A DNA stretch of 63,140 nt, counting the filler, from Squatina squatina (lineage: Eukaryota): NCBI GenBank assembly GCA_031763465.1. It is 4 parts of 4 records of this genome, joined end to end, with 100 filler letters (N's around TTAATTAATTAA, not from the genome) between each part and the next. Parts side by side here need not be neighbours in the genome. Positions count along the whole stretch, not along the records: positions 1 to 22,273 come from JARFOE010000058.1; 3 more parts are not named here. One strand, given 5' to 3'. The first letter of the stretch is position 1; each line of letters starts with the position of its first letter. Below, piece by piece: positions 1-11,796 of the stretch. A program made the translations under genes and the position numbers. The notes under the pieces are model-generated. The model searched no databases and was not told the origin of the DNA. It saw only the letters and a program-made list of their open reading frames with translations.

Positions 1-535
1 CATCCTCTCTTCCTACCTATGTCATTGCTACCGATATGGACCACGACCTCCAGTTGTTCACCCTCCCCCCTCAGAATGTCCTGAGCCGTTCAGTGACATC
101 CTTAACCCTGGCACCAGGTAGGCAACATACTATCCTGGAGACACGTCTGCGGCCACATACACCTGTCTGTTCCCCTAACTATCGAATCCCCTACCACTCT
201 TGCTCTTCCACTTTTCTTCCTCCCCTCCTGTGCAGCTGAGCCAGTCGTGAGGCCTCTGACTTGGCTCTGGCTGCATTCCCCAGAGGAATCATTGCCTTCG
301 CCAGTGTCCAGAAAACTGGTTAGTGAGTGAGATGGCCTCACAGGACTCTTGCACTACCTGCCTGGCCCTCCTAGTCTGTCAGGCGGTCTCTTTCTCTGCC
401 GGCACTCTGCAGCTGCGGTGTGACCACCTCCATAAATGTGCTATCCGTGAAGTTCGCAGCCTTGCGGATGCACTGCAGTGACTCCAGCCGCTGCTCAAGC
501 TCTGAAACTTAGAAATCGAGCTGCTGAAGCTAGCG
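1..535 (-). mobile_element. CR1-type LINE 5' region, degraded ORF1 (SGNH/GDSL esterase)
   Basis: Minus ORF 102-341 contains 'RARVVGDSIVRGTDR', the GDS motif block of the CR1 ORF1 esterase; frameshifted. Confidence 0.8.
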
Positions 536-780
536 NNNNNNNNNNNNNNNNNNNNNNNNNNNNNNNNNNNNNNNNNNNNNNNNNNNNNNNNNNNNNNNNN
601 NNNNNNNNNNNNNNNNNNNNNNNNNNNNNNNNNNNTGTCCAATCCTGTCACTGTTTTCCAAGTGCTCTGCTATTACATCTTTTATAATTGACTCAAGCAT
701 TTTCCCCACTACGGATGTCAGGCTAACCGGTCTATAATTCCCTGTTTTCTCTCTACCACCTTTTTTAAATAGTGGGGTTT

Positions 781-985
781 TTAGATATTATATATATAGA
801 TATAGGTATAGATAGATATTATAGATATATAGATAGATTGATATTATAGATATAGATAGATAGATATTATATGTATAGATAAATAGATATTATATATATA
901 GATATATATCTATAGATTACATATGTAGATATTATGTATATAGATATAATATGTATAGATATAACTAAATATATATATATATATA
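781..985. repeat. (AT)n/(ATAG)n low-complexity microsatellite
   Basis: Directly visible: tagatatatatagatagatagatatt... Confidence 0.95.
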
Positions 986-2944
986 GCCACACCCATAATA
1001 CGCAGCAGAAATTGAAATGAACTCTGCACCTGGTGTGCTGTTGTCTACTAGGTTAGCAGTAGTTCTGAATGGAATAGGTTAATGCATGGTGTTGATTTTT
1101 AAAATGTACTACATTTTAAACCCCGCCACCCCAACCTCTACAAAACTCTGGCAGTCTCTGTAAATAGAAAGATTAATTAATGGGAGGGCTATGCTGCATT
1201 GATACAGTACACTGCACACAGACAGTAAGTGAACCCATTCCCAGTGCCACAGGAGAAAGAAAAGAGCATAGCAACAAGATTCTGCATTTATTTACCAATG
1301 AACCGCCATCTTAGCACTCATATCAGCCATTTGGAAATGTTTACAATAAACTACCAAGATCTTGACTAGCTCTGCAATTTATTGCCATGCTGCTTGGATA
1401 ATTCTGGGTACAGTGTAGGTCAAAATGACCGTATACTATTTTAAAATTCCTGTCTGCCTCATTGCAAGTTGCAGCCAGTGAATTGTTTCGATATCTGGAT
1501 GACCGTGAGATATTAATCATTAAACTAAACAGAAACTTATTTCTCAATATTATTTACACTTAAAAGTGTTGTCATTATCTTACACAATTTAAAAAAAAAC
1601 TTGATGTTATCACTTTGGGAATTCAAACCATTTTTGGAGATTGTCAAAGAAGCAGTAGATATGGCGCTGGCTGCAACAGTGAGTTAGAACACTGACCTGT
1701 CTAAGTTTGGAAATTTGAGTTTAAATCNNNNNNNNNNNNNNNNNNNNNNNNNNNNNNNNNNNNNNNNNNNNNNNNNNNNNNNNNNNNNNNNNNNNNNNNN
1801 NNNNNNNNNNNNNNNNNNNNNNNNNNNAAAAAGATTGTGCCTTTTGCTGTTGCTAAACATTTGTTATGCTCTTATGTATTTAAGCTGCACACATTGAGTG
1901 TTCCAGTTTCTCCAAAGAACAGATTATCACTGTACATAGCACATGATTGCACCTAATATATGCATGAGGGATGGCGGTCTGAGTTTCACAGGAAACCCAG
2001 AGTGTTGCTTGATCTGCATGAGTGGGGAAGTGTTGTTTGATGTGCCCCATCACCCCAGATAGGTAAATGTAACAAAGGCAATGTATTTTGTGGGGCGGGG
2101 CGTGTTATAGGTGTGTTAAGGCTTTGTAGGTAGCCATAAATATTGCATGGCATGTCAAAGGAGGCTTGTGACTTATCAGAGAATTTTGCAACGGAACTGT
2201 TGTCATGAGGCCCTATCACTCTGCTGGAGAGAGCTGCCTTTGCTTTGCCGAGCCTTGAAACCTTGGATAAAGTTGCTGTCCGTGGTTGTAGTATGCAGAT
2301 TTATGCACATACTTAGTGTGACATGAACTTTAGGCTCTTTCCTTGATCTCTCCAAGCTTGCTGTTTTTGCTTTGGTGACCTCCATCCAGAACATGTTTAC
2401 TCTCTACTCAGGCATGACCTTGCTTAACTGAATGCTTAATTTCAAATACTATATAAATAACCTAAATTAGCTGTTGCCAGAATAAAATACCACAAAGCCA
2501 AGTACAGTAGAACATAGTGTACAATTGCAATGTTATTGCTTTGGGACTTGTCCAAAAAAATCTAACTCCACGGTAACTTTTTGCTGTTAGTCACGCCTGT
2601 TAAAGTAAATCGTGCTTCAGTTTGTCAGAGCGCTGAACATTATTTCAGTTTGCACCAGCTGGTTTTGACTGAGGAAAGTGAGCGCCCTCGCACCCCAGAT
2701 TCACTGAGTCATCCGCATAGAAATTATGTTCACATAAACATGGTCAAATCATGGATTTGTTGATACACCCGGGGCTGACGGCGCAAACAGAGAAAGCGTT
2801 TCACAGCAAAATAATTATGTTGTGATGAACTAACACATGCAATGTTTTGTGAATTACACTGTCATGCATCAGTGTATTTTAAAAAAATTATTTAAAGTTT
2901 TGCTGGAACATCTTATTAAAATTAATCATGAGAAAAGATTTCAT

Positions 2945-3115
2945 GCAGCGGGAGCGGAGACAGCGCGGTCCTGGGCGAGATGCAGACTGTACAAGACTCC
3001 ACCGACACCAGCGGCGGAGTTCCAGAAGTGACGTCATGATTCAGAAAGTGACGCAACACAGGGGAGGCAGCTGATTGGTAAGTAGGATAAGGTGAGTATT
3101 TCTACAGCTCAGTAG
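2945..3115 (+). mobile_element. Probable CR1 LINE 5' UTR
   Basis: Abrupt GC/CpG-rich segment ending 'gcagctgattggtaagtaggataaggtgagtattt', resembling recalled elasmobranch CR1 5' ends; truncated by a gap. Confidence 0.4.
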
Positions 3116-3659
3116 NNNNNNNNNNNNNNNNNNNNNNNNNNNNNNNNNNNNNNNNNNNNNNNNNNNNNNNNNNNNNNNNNNNNNNNNNNNNNNNNNNNNN
3201 NNNNNNNNNNNNNNNATCCCCCCTCCTGCAGTATTTCTAACACAGTAAGGCTTTAACTCCACTGGTGAACTGAAGAAAATTGAAACCAGAATCCTACTGC
3301 ATGCTACGAAAAAATAATAATTTACATGAAAAAAGTTACTTGCGGCCTCTAGTCTCCTGGTGTGTACGAACTTGCGCTTATGACTTGCACACGTCAATGC
3401 TGCTAAAAACTAGGGAGGCTAGCAGTAAGCAGGCCCAGATGACCTACACTCTAAAGGGAGATTTGGGGATGAAATAGCAGGGGTGCCAAACATAAGTTTC
3501 CAAACATTTTTGCAAACAGGAATTGTACCAAGGACTGGAGTGTGGACCATGTTACACCTGTTCAAAAGAAAACATGAATAAGCCAAATAACTATTGACCA
3601 ATTAGCCTCATCAGTGGTAATACAGTATTAGTGAACAGTAACGAACTAACTAAAAGTAA

Positions 3660-4463
3660 ACCGTTCTGCAGAAGCGTAGAGTGGACTGCACAGAGCGGAT
3701 TTAAATGGAGTGCGCTTAAACAGAGTGTTTTATTTGGGAATTTGGAGAGAGTGGGAATTCGGTGAAGAGGAGTGTTTTGCCTACACTATTTGTAGTGCTT
3801 TGTGTTACAGGATAATTTCATTTACCCATTTACCCATAACTTAATCTAGATCAAATAAGTAGTCAAGAAATTAAAGTGTAAACAAAGTTACTTAAATACA
3901 AATTTAATTAAATAAAACAAGGTCATATAGGGATGGCAGTGCAGGTAGTGTGCAGCATGCGGGAGTTTGTGGACAGCATTGTGATCCCGGACAACCATGT
4001 TTGTAGTAAGTGCCTGCATCTTGAAGAACTTCAGCGGGGCATCAGGCAGGGGGAGAGCTACCTGGACACTTTGATCCAGGAGGCAGTCACACCCCTTAGG
4101 TTAGGTAGTGGTACAGGTTTGGTTAGTAGTCAGGGACAGAAGGGTGTGACTGCAACTCAGGCAGGTAAGGGGACGCCAGGTGCAGTGTTGGAGGAGCTTT
4201 GGCCTTTGCCCTTATCCAACAGATTCTTGCTCCCTGTGTGGATGAGGGAAAAGCCTGCAGGGTGGATGAGGGAAAAGCCTGCAGGATGGATGAGCAAGCT
4301 GACCATGGCACCCTGGTGAAGGAAGCCATGTAAATGGGGGGATTGAAATGGAAAGTAGTTGTGGTAGGGGACAGTGTAATCAGAGGGATAGATACTGTTC
4401 TCTGCAGCTGCGACTGGGAATTTCAAAGGTTGTGTTGCCTGCCAAGGTTAAAGACATCGCGCG
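3660..4463 (+). mobile_element. CR1-type LINE 5' region, degraded ORF1 (Cys-rich zinc-finger-like segment plus esterase)
   Basis: ORF 3933-4319 'HVCSKCLHLEELQ...LSNRF' and ORF 4334 'VVVVGDSVIRGIDTVLC...RLCCLP'; internal 24-bp duplication gtggatgagggaaaagcctgcagg at ~4238-4285. Confidence 0.85.
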
Positions 4464-4614
4464 NNNNNNNNNNNNNNNNNNNNNNNNNNNNNNNNNNNNN
4501 NNNNNNNNNNNNNNNNNNNNNNNNNNNNNNNNNNNNNNNNNNNNNNNNNNNNNNNNNNNNNNNAGGACACTTAATTGCAAAGAGCCATTCGGCCCGTCGA
4601 GCCCGTGCTGGCAC

Positions 4615-5045
4615 TCTTCAGTTAAGCGTCAGCTTGACTCAATATTAGCACTCTCCTCTCTGAATTAGAAGATAATTGGTCTAAGTCCCACTGCAGGGTT
4701 TCAACACATAATTTAGGCTGATGCTTCAGTGCCATACTTAGGGAATGCTGCACTTTTGAGAGTTTCTGTCTTTCAAATGAAACGTTAAACCTACCTGTTC
4801 AGATGGACATAAAAGAAGCAGCACAGAAGTTCTGCTTGCGTCCTGCCCAACATTTATCCCTCAACCAACATGACCAAGAGGCTGATTACTGGTCATTTAT
4901 CTCATTTGCTATTCATGTGTAATTTTGTTCACTCTGTTCGCTTACATAGCGACAGTAATTGCATTTCAAAAGTAATCCATTGTTTGTGAATTGCTTTGGC
5001 ACTGAGGACATGAGTGGTGCTATATAGATGCAGGTTCTTTATTTT
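4615..5045 (+). mobile_element. SacSINE1/DeuSINE-type SINE
   Basis: Core 'tgtctttcaaatgaaacgttaaac...gatggacataaaag...caacatttatccctcaaccaacat...ctggtcatttatctcattt' and 3' tail 'gctatatagatgcaggttcttt'; the same core recurs at 22070, 28030 and 49060. Confidence 0.75.
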
Positions 5046-5804
5046 ATTTCTCTATGTTTACAGTAAATTCAAATATAAATCATAAGTGACTTTAATCTTT
5101 CATAAAGCACAATACATTGTAATCAGTTGCGTAGGCTAGTCACACCCCAGTCTAAGTGCTCGTTACAGTTACTTCAGGATTAAGGCATGCTTGTGTTTTC
5201 TTCACCGCATGCAGCTAAAATGATTGCTCACTGTTGTAAATGAACTGCAGCAAGGGTAGGCGCTCTGGATTATGCTCCAAGGATGGCCATCAGGGACTTG
5301 TGGTGATGAAACCACCAGATGGGATTTCCCTGCTAAGCAGTTCCTTTAACAACTAAGCAATTCAAAGCCTGTCCTGCCAAATCCAAAGTAACATGAGTAC
5401 AAATGCTCTTTTCAAGTATCCCAAATAGCTGTTCTTTTTGCTGATCTGTTGTCAATCACTCACTTACAATATGAATTAAATAATCATAAACTAACAAAAC
5501 GAAAAAAAACTTCCAATTTTTTAAACAAAACTTCTAAAATGTGATTTTCTCTTTTGTAAAAACAGATGATCCCTAAGCAACTTTCAGCCCTGTTCCAGAC
5601 ATTTTTAATGTAATTAATGATTGACATGGTTATGGATCAGTAGAAAACCTAAGACACCAATGAGATTTTCTGGATACATGTTTGGTTATGATGAGTGCCG
5701 GAGANNNNNNNNNNNNNNNNNNNNNNNNNNNNNNNNNNNNNNNNNNNNNNNNNNNNNNNNNNNNNNNNNNNNNNNNNNNNNNNNNNNNNNNNNNNNNNNN
5801 NNNN

Positions 5805-6160
5805 GTTTTCAAATCCCTTTATGGGCTCGCCCCACTCTATCACTGTAGCCTGCTCTCCAAGTTCTCTGTGCTCCTCCAATTCTGGCCTCTTGCACATCCC
5901 CAATTTCCTTCATCCCTCAACTGCCAGCAGTGCCTTCAGCTGCCTAGGTCCTAAGCTCTGGAATTCCCTCCCTAAATCTCTCTACATCTCTCCTTTGAGA
6001 CACTCCTTAAAACCTACCTCTTTGACCAGGCTGTTGATTACCTGATCTAATACCTCCTTATGTGGCTCAGTGTCAAATTTTGCTTGATAATTGCTCCTGT
6101 GAAGTGCCTTGGGACATTTTACAATGTTAAAGGCGCTATATAAATACAACTTGTTGTTGC
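5805..6160 (+). mobile_element. L2-type LINE 3' end
   Basis: 'FKSLYGLAP...AFSCLGPKLWNSLP...LKPTSL' is the L2 ORF2 C-terminus; tail 'ggcgctatataaatacaacttgttgttg'. Confidence 0.85.
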
Positions 6161-6554
6161 ACTTTGCTTTTGTTTGCTGTGTCCACAGAAGATTTGTGTT
6201 GGGTTGAGGGGGTGCGGGTGCAGGGGTGGTTGGCGGGGTGCTCAGTAGAGCGGTTGGTCAGTAGGGCTGAAAGTTAAACCGACTACCACCCTGACTGGTG
6301 GAAGCTGGAGCAGACTTCCTCATGCTGTGTATGCATAACTTCAGTTTCTTCGAATTTCAAGTGTGAATGCTTGTTGGAGCGTCAGAAACAAGGTAACAAT
6401 CCCTTATTGTCCTAGATCGTTATGGGTGGCAGTTTAATTGGTTTCTCATTACCTTGCAAAAGAGATCATTAACATACCAATACTCTGTGTCCCAGCAACT
6501 TCAGAATGTGATTGGTGTATGTTGAACTTTTATGAATTCTAATGGAAAACACTA

Positions 6555-6650
6555 TGAAATCTGAAATAAAAACAGAAAATGCTGGAAATACTTAGCAGAT
6601 CAGGCAGCACCTGTGAAGAGAGCAACAGATTTAACATTTCACATTCACGC
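6555..6650 (+). repeat. Partial copy of a short palindromic shark repeat (aaaacagaaaatgctggaaatac family)
   Basis: Same arm sequence as the copies at 17800-18030 and 39086-39255. Confidence 0.6.
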
Positions 6651-7167
6651 ATTAATTCACTTTAGAACTTCAATGTAAATCATGTGTAGAAAAATGTTTG
6701 AAAATTCCAGAATGCAGCACTGACTCTTTCTTTCCAATTCCTCACATCTTTAGCTGACTAGATGTCTTTTGGTAAATGAATAAAACAATGCAGTTTATTC
6801 TCGAAGCCCTCGTTTGATATTTTAATGGAAAAAGATAAAATTACAGAATGAAAATGCTAAAGAGAAAGCAATCTTAAAAAATTAAACGTGATATTCAATT
6901 AATGTAAAGCAACTTTTCTGACTTGTTCTGACAGATCTATATAAATCTTCAAAGTAGACATTCCTAGATTTACATATTCTTTGTTTTCATTTAAGATTGG
7001 ATAATACAAGGAATCTTGGTCTCCAGATGGACTACTTTTTTCAACCTCAGAAAACCTGTCTCATTTGNNNNNNNNNNNNNNNNNNNNNNNNNNNNNNNNN
7101 NNNNNNNNNNNNNNNNNNNNNNNNNNNNNNNNNNNNNNNNNNNNNNNNNNNNNNNNNNNNNNNNNNN

Positions 7168-7565
7168 AAACCAACTTCTCCTGGTGGCCCGGTCGCCGGC
7201 ATCCCTGGTGGCCCAGTGATGGGCCATGGGGCACCGTCAGGATGGTCGGCAGCCCCTCCCCTTTAAGGGAGGCCTGGCCATGCTCCTGACATCAACGTGC
7301 TGCATCTGACGTCAGCATGCAATGATGCTGATGTGGTGCAGCTGACGTTCCTGGCGTGGCGATGCAGCCACGCCAGCAATGTCCCTGGCCAGCCACCCTA
7401 GTTCTGCCCGGGAGCAAGGCTGGCATCTCTGTGCCTTGCTCCTGCTCTGGAACGCTAAATTCTGTGGCAGGCGGGGTTGGGGGGGGGTTTGGGAGCCGGC
7501 GAGAAAAATGCTGGCTCCCACCTGCTAGCATCCTGGAAGCGCTAGGCCCGAATTGTGCGCCCCAT
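7168..7565. mobile_element. GC-rich non-autonomous element (MITE-like) abutting the env remnant
   Basis: Sharp GC-rich block ending 'ggcccgaattgtgcgcccc'; similar ggcc-gaattt-like ends occur at ~20985, ~33080, ~35105 and ~57675. Confidence 0.4.
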
Positions 7566-7572
7566 GATTTCC

Positions 7573-8466
7573 TCATGTAGATTGCATGGTACAATTTGCC
7601 CTCTTCCCAGAGAATCCACATGCTGATCCTTCATGGTCACGTAGTCTATAGGGACAAATTAATGTCTCTCTCACTTGCTGACCAGGTCTGTGGGAACCCA
7701 GCTCTTCACTCCACTCACAGAGACGTTATAGGTTACATAAGGAGCATTGTCTCGATGCTCCGTTCCTATTTGCATTCCATACAATACATGTCCAATGTTT
7801 TCTAACCTTAATAGGAGATATCCCTAATGACTTGGAGTTATGAGAGGGAATTTCGAGACTATTCCTACCACTCCATCATTAGCAGGCCTATCACATTTGT
7901 GATAAACTACTTGAGCCTTAATCAACCTTCTTTAATTTAAAATATACTCGCATTTGGTGAAATTTCATAATCTGTCAAGTGTTAAATGTTCATTGCAATC
8001 AGGTATGTGTCCCTCCTCTAAATTATGGTTAGTTCTATGAACCAACCCCCATACATGATGCACACATCATTCCGAGCTGCCTCTGTGCTTGTTTCGCTCT
8101 TGATAATCTGATCCACCTTTCTGACAGTATCTACAATAGGATTAGTCAGTTTTGTTAAATGAAGAGTCATTATCAGGTCCTCATATAGTTCTTGTTGCAT
8201 TAAATTATTGCTTTGCTCAAAGATACTTCTAATTTGCTACTTAGCATTAATTCACTATCCATTGTTACTAAATCCAATCATTATAAGCCATTCCTGCCAT
8301 ACTGACTCCCATCACTATCATTAATCAAACTCCTTCTCTTCCTCTTGTGGGCTTTGGATTGTGACCACTGTAGTCGGTGGAGTTTATTACTACTCCACTT
8401 TAATATTTCAAATATTTTGGACTCCCATGAATCTCCAGTGTGCCCCCAAAAATCTTCTACTTGTTG
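7573..8466 (-). pseudogene. Endogenous viral envelope / class I fusion glycoprotein remnant, copy 1 (paramyxovirus F-like motif order)
   Basis: Manual minus-strand translation across frameshifts and stops: KRKRR|SLIND...LDLVTMDSEL...MQQELYEDLIMTLHLTKLTNPIVDTVRKVDQIIK...CIMYGGW...NLEEGHIPD...VVGIVSKFPLI...YLLLRLENIG...APYVTYN...WVPTDL...TLICPY...ACGFSGKRANCT. Confidence 0.7.
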
Positions 8467-8566
8467 NNNNNNNNNNNNNNNNNNNNNNNNNNNNNNNNNN
8501 NNNNNNNNNNNNNNNNNNNNNNNNNNNNNNNNNNNNNNNNNNNNNNNNNNNNNNNNNNNNNNNNNN

Positions 8567-9050
8567 ACATTGCTAATCCAGTCAGGTACATGTTTCTCCT
8601 CTAATTTATCTAAATTATGACGGGTTTGTTCTACTAGCCAACTCCCAGACATCATGCACTCGTCATTCCGAGCTGCCTCTGGACAAGCATTTTGCTCTTC
8701 CTTGATTACCTGATCAACCTTTCTAACAGTATCTAAATAGGATTAGTAAGTTTTGTTGAACGGAGAGTCATCGGTTCCTTGTATAGTTGCTGTTGCATTA
8801 AATTATTGCTTTGCTGTAAGATACTTTTAATTTGCTGCTTAGCCTTCCTTAATTCACTATTCATTGTTACTAAATCTAATCTATTATAAGCTATTGCTGT
8901 TGTATTGACTCCCATCTCTATATCATTAATCAAACTCCTGCTCTTCCTCTTTCCAAGTGGGGTTTGGGTCATGACCACTGTAGTCGGTGGAATATACCAC
9001 TTCTCCACTTCTTCACAATGATTTCTCAAATCTCTGGATTCCCAAGGAAC
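8567..9050 (-). pseudogene. Endogenous viral envelope / class I fusion glycoprotein remnant, copy 2
   Basis: ORF 8733-9029 'PPTTVVMTQTPLGKRKSR|SLINDIEMGVNTTAIAYNRLDLVTMNSELRKAKQQIKSILQQSNNLMQQ', continuing after a 1-nt frameshift into 'DTVRKVDQVIKEEQ...CMMSGSWLVEQTRHNLDKLEEKHVPDWISN'; homologous to 8000-8466. Confidence 0.7.
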
Positions 9051-10255
9051 TGAAATCGAACAGAATTAGACAGAGTGCCGGATTCAATCTAATGCATAGG
9101 TTGCAGCATTATTGAGTACCAAGCAGGGTTCAGTTGCAGACAAGGCTGTTTTTCAGATGGTCACATGGTACTCAGACAAATCAACGACAATTGCGATCTG
9201 TCCCCACAATTGGCCCATCAGACCCCATAATCGGCCCCCGATTTACCCCCGCAATCAGCCCCCACATTCAGCCCCTGCAATTGGCGCCCATCTGCCTCCG
9301 ATATTACCCCTTTTGTGGCTCCTTTCATGGCACGATCAGCCCCTGCGACTGCCCAAGTCCAAGGTAGACTCTCTGGCCGAGTCCCAGTGAACAGAAACTG
9401 AACCAAGCACAGGGAACAGANNNNNNNNNNNNNNNNNNNNNNNNNNNNNNNNNNNNNNNNNNNNNNNNNNNNNNNNNNNNNNNNNNNNNNNNNNNNNNNN
9501 NNNNNNNNNNNNNNNNNNNNATAACACTAATATGGAATGTCTGTGGTGTATTTAACTTCGAAGCTTTATGGCCTGATTAGCTGAGAAAATTTGTTAGTTA
9601 AAAAGCCTTGATAGTTTGGTGGTTTGAATTAGCCTGCTTTCCAGTCACTTCCCAGCATTCAATTCAAAAACTGAACTCCATATTGAGTGGGCAGCTGTCA
9701 AGCTAAAACTCCATTTGGGAAAATCTTACAGCTTACGAGGCATTTTCCTTATATTTGCTGTTTGATCAGTTTGTCAACACTCACTGTCTAGGCTGCCACA
9801 TGAAGAAAACAGTTGAGTGAAATACTGGAGAGATGCTCGTAACTTGAATTCATGTATCAACAGAAGTTCCTGACATTCGGAGAGGAGACAAGGGGGAAAA
9901 AGTTAACCTTGAGACAACTGGGTAGTGCAGTGGGTCAGCACTACATTTTCAACCTTTCAACCTCAGTTGTAATCCAGTCCAGTCACTGAACTCAGAACAG
10001 ATTAATGCCTTATATTCATTAAGAATTGGTTATTGTCCATACACACTATATGATTAACAAAAGAATTCTTTGCCATTGTAAGAGGCTATGTGATAGAAAT
10101 ATTGAATTTGTGACTTAACACTCAGTTTTATCACATTCTTTTTGACTTTTTTTGTTTGCAATTTTAACTTTTTGATTAGTTCCCTCTTTTTCTCTTGTTG
10201 CTTTTATTTAACCAGATTTTATTTAACCCATTAATTTTGTAATTTTCTTTCCAAG

Positions 10256-10552
10256 GTCGAAAATTAAAGAATACGAGACCATTCCAAACAGCAGAGGAAA
10301 CTGACTCTTCAGTTATACAAAAGCAACAGGACACCACTCTCTCCGTCGTACCAAGGATTGGTGTACCAAGGATGCAGAAATTTCAGTGTCAACCCCTGTT
10401 CCTTGCTGTGCTACAGTCCATTGAGCCTGATATGGTATATGCAGGCTATGACAATACACAGCCTGATACATCTGCTAGTTTGTTAACAAGCCTCAATGAA
10501 CTTGGGGAAAGACAACTTGTGCGTGTTGTCAAATGGGCAAAGGTCTTACCAG
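10256..10552 (+). CDS. AR: Androgen receptor exon 4 (hinge and start of the ligand-binding domain)
   Basis: ttttctttccaag| acceptor and |gtaag donor; encodes (G)RKLKN...[65 protein letters not shown] is diagnostic of AR. Confidence 0.95.
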
Positions 10553-11108
10553 GTAAGAATGTGAACCTTTTAAGTACTGTGTATTGCGGTATCATGCAAA
10601 ATATTGAAGTTATGGTAGATGTCTTGTNNNNNNNNNNNNNNNNNNNNNNNNNNNNNNNNNNNNNNNNNNNNNNNNNNNNNNNNNNNNNNNNNNNNNNNNN
10701 NNNNNNNNNNNNNNNNNNNNNNNNNNNTCATTACCAGGTAGCTGTATCTAATATGGGAGAATCACTGTGTAGCAGAGAAATGGGACTTGGTGGTAAATTT
10801 TGCATACCACCTGACATCATATGTAATCCTTTACTGCCGTTATTGGTCTACCTCTGCCAGGTTCAGCACTAATGGTGCATTGAATGTAGTCCCCATAGTG
10901 CATTAAAATTTGGAATGTGGAAAAGATATTTGCAGTTACTCGTCTTTAAATGAAGAGTCGTGTTTTCTCATTGCAAGCTCTGCGGCAGCATCAGTTCCAT
11001 TTGAGATGAATGCATTGAACAAGCGATGTATTACTGTTGTAATATGGGCAGTTCACTAAGTGTCCAGCCTTTGGGTTATTTGCCCTACTGCATGAATTGA
11101 GCACTTTA

Positions 11109-11192
11109 GCATTCGCACAATAAATTTAACTTACAGCAGTCACATAACAAATTTAACTTATAGCAGTCACACAATAACTTTAATTTACAGCA
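11109..11192. repeat. ~27-bp tandem repeat, about 3 copies (gcagtcacataacaaatttaacttata)
   Basis: Visible in sequence; produces the CKLNLLCD repeat in ORF 11106-11327. Confidence 0.85.
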
Positions 11193-11689
11193 AATTTGGA
11201 AATGACTTGGAAACAGCAGCAAACGAGCGCTATTTCTGACGGCTATTATCACATATTTGCTGAGAGCAATGCCGAAGCAATCATTGTTTTTCCAATCGGG
11301 AATTGTTTTGAAATAGGTCATGTTCATCTCAAGAAATTAATAGTAACTATATTTGATTGTTAGAAGTTGCTTTGAAAATGGCTTATGAAGCTAAGATGGT
11401 TATACTAAGACTTGCCTGCTTACAACAAAGTGAAAAAATAAAGACCTTTTCAATTCAGTCTGAATCAATGCCAGCATTATAATTTAACCACATGAACCTG
11501 AGATGGTGGTTAAAAATATGCAGCAAGATCAGTGCACAAAACTTCAAATATCTTTGTATGCATTTGCGCCATTGTTAATTTGTACTTTGTGCTTATCTGC
11601 TAAGAAAGGCTGTTCTTTGCACAGCTGTGTACTGATCAATGCATACTATCATTTAACATTATTTCAGTACAAGTACTCCTTGTCTGCAG

Positions 11690-11796
11690 GTTTTCGCAAT
11701 TTACATGTGGATGACCAAATGAGTCTCATACAGTATTCGTGGATGGCAGTTATGGTCTTCGCAATGGGATGGAGGTCCTATAGAATTGTGAATTCC
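11690..11796 (+). CDS. AR: Androgen receptor exon 5, 5' part only
   Basis: ccttgtctgcag| acceptor; [36 protein letters not shown]. The expected RMLYFAPDLVFNE and donor are absent. Confidence 0.9.
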
